Assembly (NCBI GenBank): GCA_024276825.1
Contig: JAJRWI010000015.1
Span: 44,723-108,722 of the forward strand
Reading direction: 5' to 3'
Length of the DNA: 64,000 nt
Source: an archaeon
Lineage (GTDB): Archaea; Asgardarchaeota; Thorarchaeia; Thorarchaeales; Thorarchaeaceae
The notes beneath the pieces are model-generated. The model was not told the origin of the DNA. It did no database searches and saw only the letters and a program-made list of their open reading frames with translations. Shown here piece after piece: positions 60,010 to 64,000 of the stretch (within the stretch, counting starts at the first letter, position 1; the number at the start of each line of letters is the position of its first letter). Position numbers and translations under genes: made by a program.

Positions 60010-60405
60010 TCATTTTGCCTTCCGAATTGCCACTAGGTCTTCTATGAAGAGGGTTCCAAATATTAGGTCACCAGTTACAATGAGGAGTAACAATTGCGAT
60101 GCTTGACCAATCAGAAAATAGAATAGTCCAATGATAAAAACCCAGACCTTCTCGAAAGAAGCGATTTTGACCAGTCCATGATTCTCACGAGTGTCAAGAC
60201 TGATTATGTAGAATCCAATACCAAAGGCAAAAACTAGTCCCATGAAGCAGTCAAACCACAGCAGAGTTGGAGGGGCTGGAACATCTCCTGCCAGTGAGAA
60301 ATACGAGATGTCAATTCGTGGCAGTATGAGGAATGTGATTGAAAGTGCCCAGTTCCAGATTGCTGCTATTGTATACATGAGCCTGTGATAGTTCTCCCTG
60401 TTCAA
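60010..60405 (-). CDS. Hypothetical 4-TM membrane protein
   Basis: Four hydrophobic segments. Confidence 0.7.
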   Translation of the reverse strand: MNRENYHRLMYTIAAIWNWALSITFLILPRIDISYFSLAGDVPAPPTLLWFDCFMGLVFAFGIGFYIISLDTRENHGLVKIASFEKVWVFIIGLFYFLIGQASQLLLLIVTGDLIFGTLFIEDLVAIRKAK

Positions 60406-60498
60406 TAGTTCACACCATTTATTGAAGCGCTCAGCCGCCTTAAATCATCTACTAGGCGATGAAAAACTTCATTCGGATTCTTGCGATGGTATATTTGA

Positions 60499-61326
60499 AT
60501 GGTAATGAGGTTCCTCACAGCCAGCGCTGCAAAGGTGATACTCAATGCAATCAGAGCGGGAATGAGTGAGGTGGAAGTTTCACTGGATCTTGGCCGTACC
60601 TCTTCAACAATACGGGTTGATGTGTATGAGCGGGATATTGATAAATTGAAAAAAATAGTGGCAGACCCGAGTTCGGTCTATTTTATTAGAGATGGAGAGT
60701 ATTACAAGGCTGCGATTAGTCGTGATCATTTCTACAAGTTAATGCCCACGGGAGAGAACACAGCACCAGCTCTTGTGATTGATGGAGTATTGATGCACCG
60801 TGTGAAAGAAACAAATCCAATGGATGATGCATCGAGCAAAGCGGTCCACTGCGCAAAGGGGGGCTTTAACATGCTTGAGGTATGTACTGGACTTGGCTAT
60901 TCAACTATAGCCTGCCTGAGTAGAGGAGTGGCAAGTATAATCACTATTGAGAAGGACCATGATGTGTTGGACCTTGCGAGGATAAACCCATGGTCCAAAG
61001 AGATATTTGATAACCCACATGTTACAGTCATTGAGGGGGACGCTATTGATGTGATTAGAGAGTTTGATAATAGGCAGTTTGACAGTATACTACATGACCC
61101 GCCAAGATTCACTATGGCGACTGAGTTGTATACCAAGGAGTTTTACAGGGACCTCTTTAGGGTTTTGAAGTCAAATGGAGTCATGTTTCACTATGTCGGC
61201 TCACCAGGAGCCAGACATCGGAGGATTGATTTGCAGAAGGGGATAATGTCAAGGCTTCGAAAAGTGGGCTTTCTCCAAATTAGGAGGAGGAAGAATGTAT
61301 TCGGCATCACTGCTAAGAAGCCGTGA
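60499..61326 (+). CDS. Class I SAM-dependent methyltransferase (archaeal COG2521-like)
   Basis: IDGVLMH, LEVCTGLGYS, IEKD, NPWS, HDPPRF. Confidence 0.88.
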   Translation: MVMRFLTASAAKVILNAIRAGMSEVEVSLDLGRTSSTIRVDVYERDIDKLKKIVADPSSVYFIRDGEYYKAAISRDHFYKLMPTGENTAPALVIDGVLMHRVKETNPMDDASSKAVHCAKGGFNMLEVCTGLGYSTIACLSRGVASIITIEKDHDVLDLARINPWSKEIFDNPHVTVIEGDAIDVIREFDNRQFDSILHDPPRFTMATELYTKEFYRDLFRVLKSNGVMFHYVGSPGARHRRIDLQKGIMSRLRKVGFLQIRRRKNVFGITAKKP

Positions 61327-61327
61327 G

Positions 61328-62233
61328 TCATGGGACAGTCTTCATACTTGAGGCAGTTCTCATGTTCTTCTTGGCCGCACTGAGTTCTGGGTCTAGCTCC
61401 AATGCACGCTTGTAACACTCGATTGCCCTCTTCACTTCGCCCTTCTCCCTCAAGACAACGCCAAGATTATTCCAGCCCTTAGGATCATCAGGCATGAGTT
61501 CAACGTATCTTTCCAAGATGGGAATCGCTTCGGGCCAACGTTCAATAATCCAGAGAGCAGTGCCATATCTAAAGAGAATCCTTGGCTGATGGGGATTTGC
61601 ACTCAGGCTCATCTCATAGAAGTCCACAGACCTCAAGTAATCGCCCGCCTCATAACACAGGTCGCCCACTAGATTGGAGGCCTCCACCTCTTCAGGATCA
61701 TATTCAAGAGCCATGTTGAGGCTGACGCAAGCTGCGTTGTATCGTGACATTCTTGCCTGACAAATACCGCGAACTCTCCATGCTTCTGCAATCTCTTCAT
61801 CAAGTTCAAGTATTCGTGATGTCACTCTCAGGACAGTTTGGCAGTCATTGTTCTCCAGTGCAGCGTTTACAAGTGTCATCAGAACGCTAATGTCATCGCC
61901 GCCAAGCTTCATGTAGGAGAGCAGGGCATTGACTGACTCGGTCAAGTGATAATATGTGAATTCCAACAGGCCCAGATGTTTCCAGGCCTCAGCCCAGTCA
62001 GGCCGTGCCTTTATTGCATTATCATAGCATTCACGGGCCTTTTGATATTGATTCGCATCCCAGTAAATGTGCCCAAGCGTGTCCCAAGCCTCAGCAAGCT
62101 GAGGGTCAACATCAGTTGCTCTTCTCAAGAACTCCTCAGCTGCGCTGTATTCCCTGAATTTGAAGAACTGCATCCCCTTATGAAATAATCTCAAGGCATT
62201 CTCCGTTCTTTGTTCACTCAAATTGGTACACAT
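61328..62233 (-). CDS. TPR protein
   Basis: About 8 TPRs (AW..LG...A..CY..A...P). Confidence 0.92.
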   Translation of the reverse strand: MCTNLSEQRTENALRLFHKGMQFFKFREYSAAEEFLRRATDVDPQLAEAWDTLGHIYWDANQYQKARECYDNAIKARPDWAEAWKHLGLLEFTYYHLTESVNALLSYMKLGGDDISVLMTLVNAALENNDCQTVLRVTSRILELDEEIAEAWRVRGICQARMSRYNAACVSLNMALEYDPEEVEASNLVGDLCYEAGDYLRSVDFYEMSLSANPHQPRILFRYGTALWIIERWPEAIPILERYVELMPDDPKGWNNLGVVLREKGEVKRAIECYKRALELDPELSAAKKNMRTASSMKTVP

Positions 62234-62372
62234 CCAATAATGGACATATTGTATGAGATGTTTTTAGCCTTAATATTATGAACACGTATCTTTAAAGAGA
62301 AAACTAGAGGGATGGTTTCACCCAGCCCCTCTAGGATACTTTGAATTAAGGCTCCAGCAAGATGTGCTTATC

Positions 62373-62840
62373 TCAACTGGGTACTACTACATCCACGCGT
62401 TCCCAATCATTAGGTGAGCCAATAAAAGCCATCAAGAAACCGCTCAGAATTTCATTGTTCTCCTTCACTGCTTCAGCGAATGGGTCTGGCCAGAGTCCAA
62501 GGATAGCCCAATTTCCCCCCTGATATTGAGCAAGAAGGCATCCGAGTTGAAGGGATGTACCAGTTCCAGTATGAATACCCATTAGAGCATATATCCGTTT
62601 GTCTGAGAGGTCATCACCCTGAGGTGAGATGATTTCCTTTAGATTACCAATGACTGAATACTTGTCGTTATCGCGGCAGAGGTTCAGAAGGTCGTCAACA
62701 TACTTGTCTACCAACACAAATTGATCCTCAGATTTTACGATGTTATCGATGTTTACAAAGGACAATGTGAAGTCGTCAGATGGGCCTGGATCGGCACCAT
62801 CGAATTTTACATTCCAATTAGACAAATACAATTCCTCCAT
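62373..62840 (-). CDS. Unknown protein, 'DPGPSDDF' family copy 2
   Basis: Paralog of 63088-63552 and 57739-58251. Confidence 0.88.
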   Translation of the reverse strand: MEELYLSNWNVKFDGADPGPSDDFTLSFVNIDNIVKSEDQFVLVDKYVDDLLNLCRDNDKYSVIGNLKEIISPQGDDLSDKRIYALMGIHTGTGTSLQLGCLLAQYQGGNWAILGLWPDPFAEAVKENNEILSGFLMAFIGSPNDWERVDVVVPS

Positions 62841-63087
62841 CCCGTTTGGGATTAGTTAATGCATTTGTAAGTTGATTTATGAAGTTTTTGAGTTAATCCC
62901 TCAAAGGCCTATATGGTTGGTTTCCCATTTGAAAAACTGCATATTCCAACTCGCATACCAGATAAGTGGACAAGTGTCAGTCAAATTTTGAAGGCAGCAA
63001 GCTAGAGTGGGAGAAAAAGAAGGAGGCTTCGTCGACTCCCTTCCAATGAATAGGTTATACTGAACTTTACTGTTTCTGTGAGAAGTG

Positions 63088-63552
63088 CTAACCAGTTTTG
63101 GGAATTACTACATCCACGCGTTTCCAGTCATTGGGTGAGATAATAAAGTCCATCAACCAGATTTTGAGAGATTTATGGAACCACTTCACAGACTCCGCAA
63201 AATAATCTGGCCAAAGACCTAAAATCAACCATCCATCATCTTTATACTGACCAAGAAGGCAGCCGAGTTTTTGAGATGTAGCGTGAATTCCCATTAGCAC
63301 GTAAATTTTTTTGTCCGAGAAGTCCGTGCCCCGAGGCGAAATGATTTCTTTTATATTACCAATAACATAGTAGTTATTCCTATTTTCACAGAAACTCAAT
63401 ACTTCATTGACATATTTGTCAGTCAGTGCAAATTGATTCTCGGACTTGACAATGTTATCAAGGTCTACAAAGGACAATGTGAAGTCGTCAGATAAGCCTG
63501 GATCGGCACCATCGAATTTTACATTCCAATTAGACAAATACAATTCCTCCAT
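63088..63552 (-). CDS. Unknown protein, 'DPGPSDDF' family copy 3
   Basis: First 19 residues identical to copy 2. Confidence 0.88.
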   Translation of the reverse strand: MEELYLSNWNVKFDGADPGLSDDFTLSFVDLDNIVKSENQFALTDKYVNEVLSFCENRNNYYVIGNIKEIISPRGTDFSDKKIYVLMGIHATSQKLGCLLGQYKDDGWLILGLWPDYFAESVKWFHKSLKIWLMDFIISPNDWKRVDVVIPKTG

Positions 63553-63611
63553 CCCGTTTGGGATTAGTTAATGTATTCATGGGTTGATTTATGAGATTTT
63601 TGAGTAATCTC

Positions 63612-64000
63612 TCAAAGGTCTATGTGGATGGTTTCCCACTTCACTCGTCCTGCCTCCACCGCCTCCTTAATCTTTCGCTCAGTCCTATTAAGGCGTGCAT
63701 TGCCAGTCTTGACATCAGCCAGCACGACTGTGATTGGTCCATCGGACTCGCCGTCCTTTACACGAGAGTAGCCATCGAAGATAATATAGTCAATTGGAGC
63801 ACCAATGAATCGTGCATCACTTGGTTCGTGTTTGAAAACCGTCTTTAGCAATGGAACAAGATGTTCTGCTATCTTTCCCTTCAACACATATCTACTTCGC
63901 TGAGCTGCATCCTTTCTGAGCCTATCTTCCTGCTCCGCCCACATCTGTCTGAATTCGGCCTCTACGATAGCAATCCTACTTTTTAGATGTTGTTTCATTG
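63612..64000 (-). CDS. Holliday-junction-resolvase-like endonuclease (Endonuc_Holl family), 5'-partial
   Basis: S..VLKGKIAEHL.P, DARFIG.PIDYIIFDG, DVKTG...L...E..I..AV..G.V.W (PD-(D/E)xK fold). Confidence 0.88.
   Translation of the reverse strand, partial: MKQHLKSRIAIVEAEFRQMWAEQEDRLRKDAAQRSRYVLKGKIAEHLVPLLKTVFKHEPSDARFIGAPIDYIIFDGYSRVKDGESDGPITVVLADVKTGNARLNRTERKIKEAVEAGRVKWETIHIDL

Larger units (their letters stand above)
62373..63641 (-). repeat. Tandem duplication (units about 62373-62931 and 63098-63641)
   Basis: Near-identical DNA across both start codons (CAATTAGACAAATACAATTCCTCCATCCCGTTTGGGATTAGTTAATG) and about 90 bp upstream. Confidence 0.9.

Noticed and set aside
62373-63552. Diversity-generating retroelement TR/VR pair
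   Set aside because: Both copies are whole genes, differences include indels and are not adenine-restricted, and no reverse transcriptase is in the window
1-64000. Genome-wide TAG reassignment
   Set aside because: TAG ends many conserved full-length genes (sui1, tfb, rpl22, rpl5, rpl6, rpl19e, rpl15, rps19), some directly abutting the next gene
1-64000. CRISPR array, tRNA or rRNA genes
   Set aside because: No regularly spaced repeats, cloverleaf/T-loop motifs or rRNA signatures seen by eye; tRNAscan-SE and cmscan would be decisive

Overview
Archaeal chromosomal window, most likely from an Asgard archaeon (Thorarchaeia-like; inferred from TFB, GGGP synthase, archaeal r-proteins, a Roadblock protein, a longin-like protein and a tailed histone). 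Housekeeping content: aIF1, TFB, MetAP2, HdrA, MobA, HypD, a rearranged S10/spc ribosomal operon (starts at L22, Hsp20 inserted, secY inverted, S19 displaced by about 42 kb), a heterodimeric ABC exporter, Fd-EtfAB and GlmM/PMM. Accessory content: (i) a secreted-hydrolase island at 24.8-31.7 kb, including a CUB-PPC-PPC-caspase-like gene split by one in-frame TAG; (ii) a ~680-bp internally deleted IS607-like element that has lost TnpB but keeps a ~330-nt densely structured segment, a candidate orphan omega/guide RNA; (iii) an unrecognised ~155-aa protein family with three intact copies and one unannotated pseudogene; (iv) a DPM2-like membrane protein; (v) structured leaders ahead of r-protein genes. 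No rRNA, tRNA or CRISPR array was recognised. All calls are by eye, without database searches.
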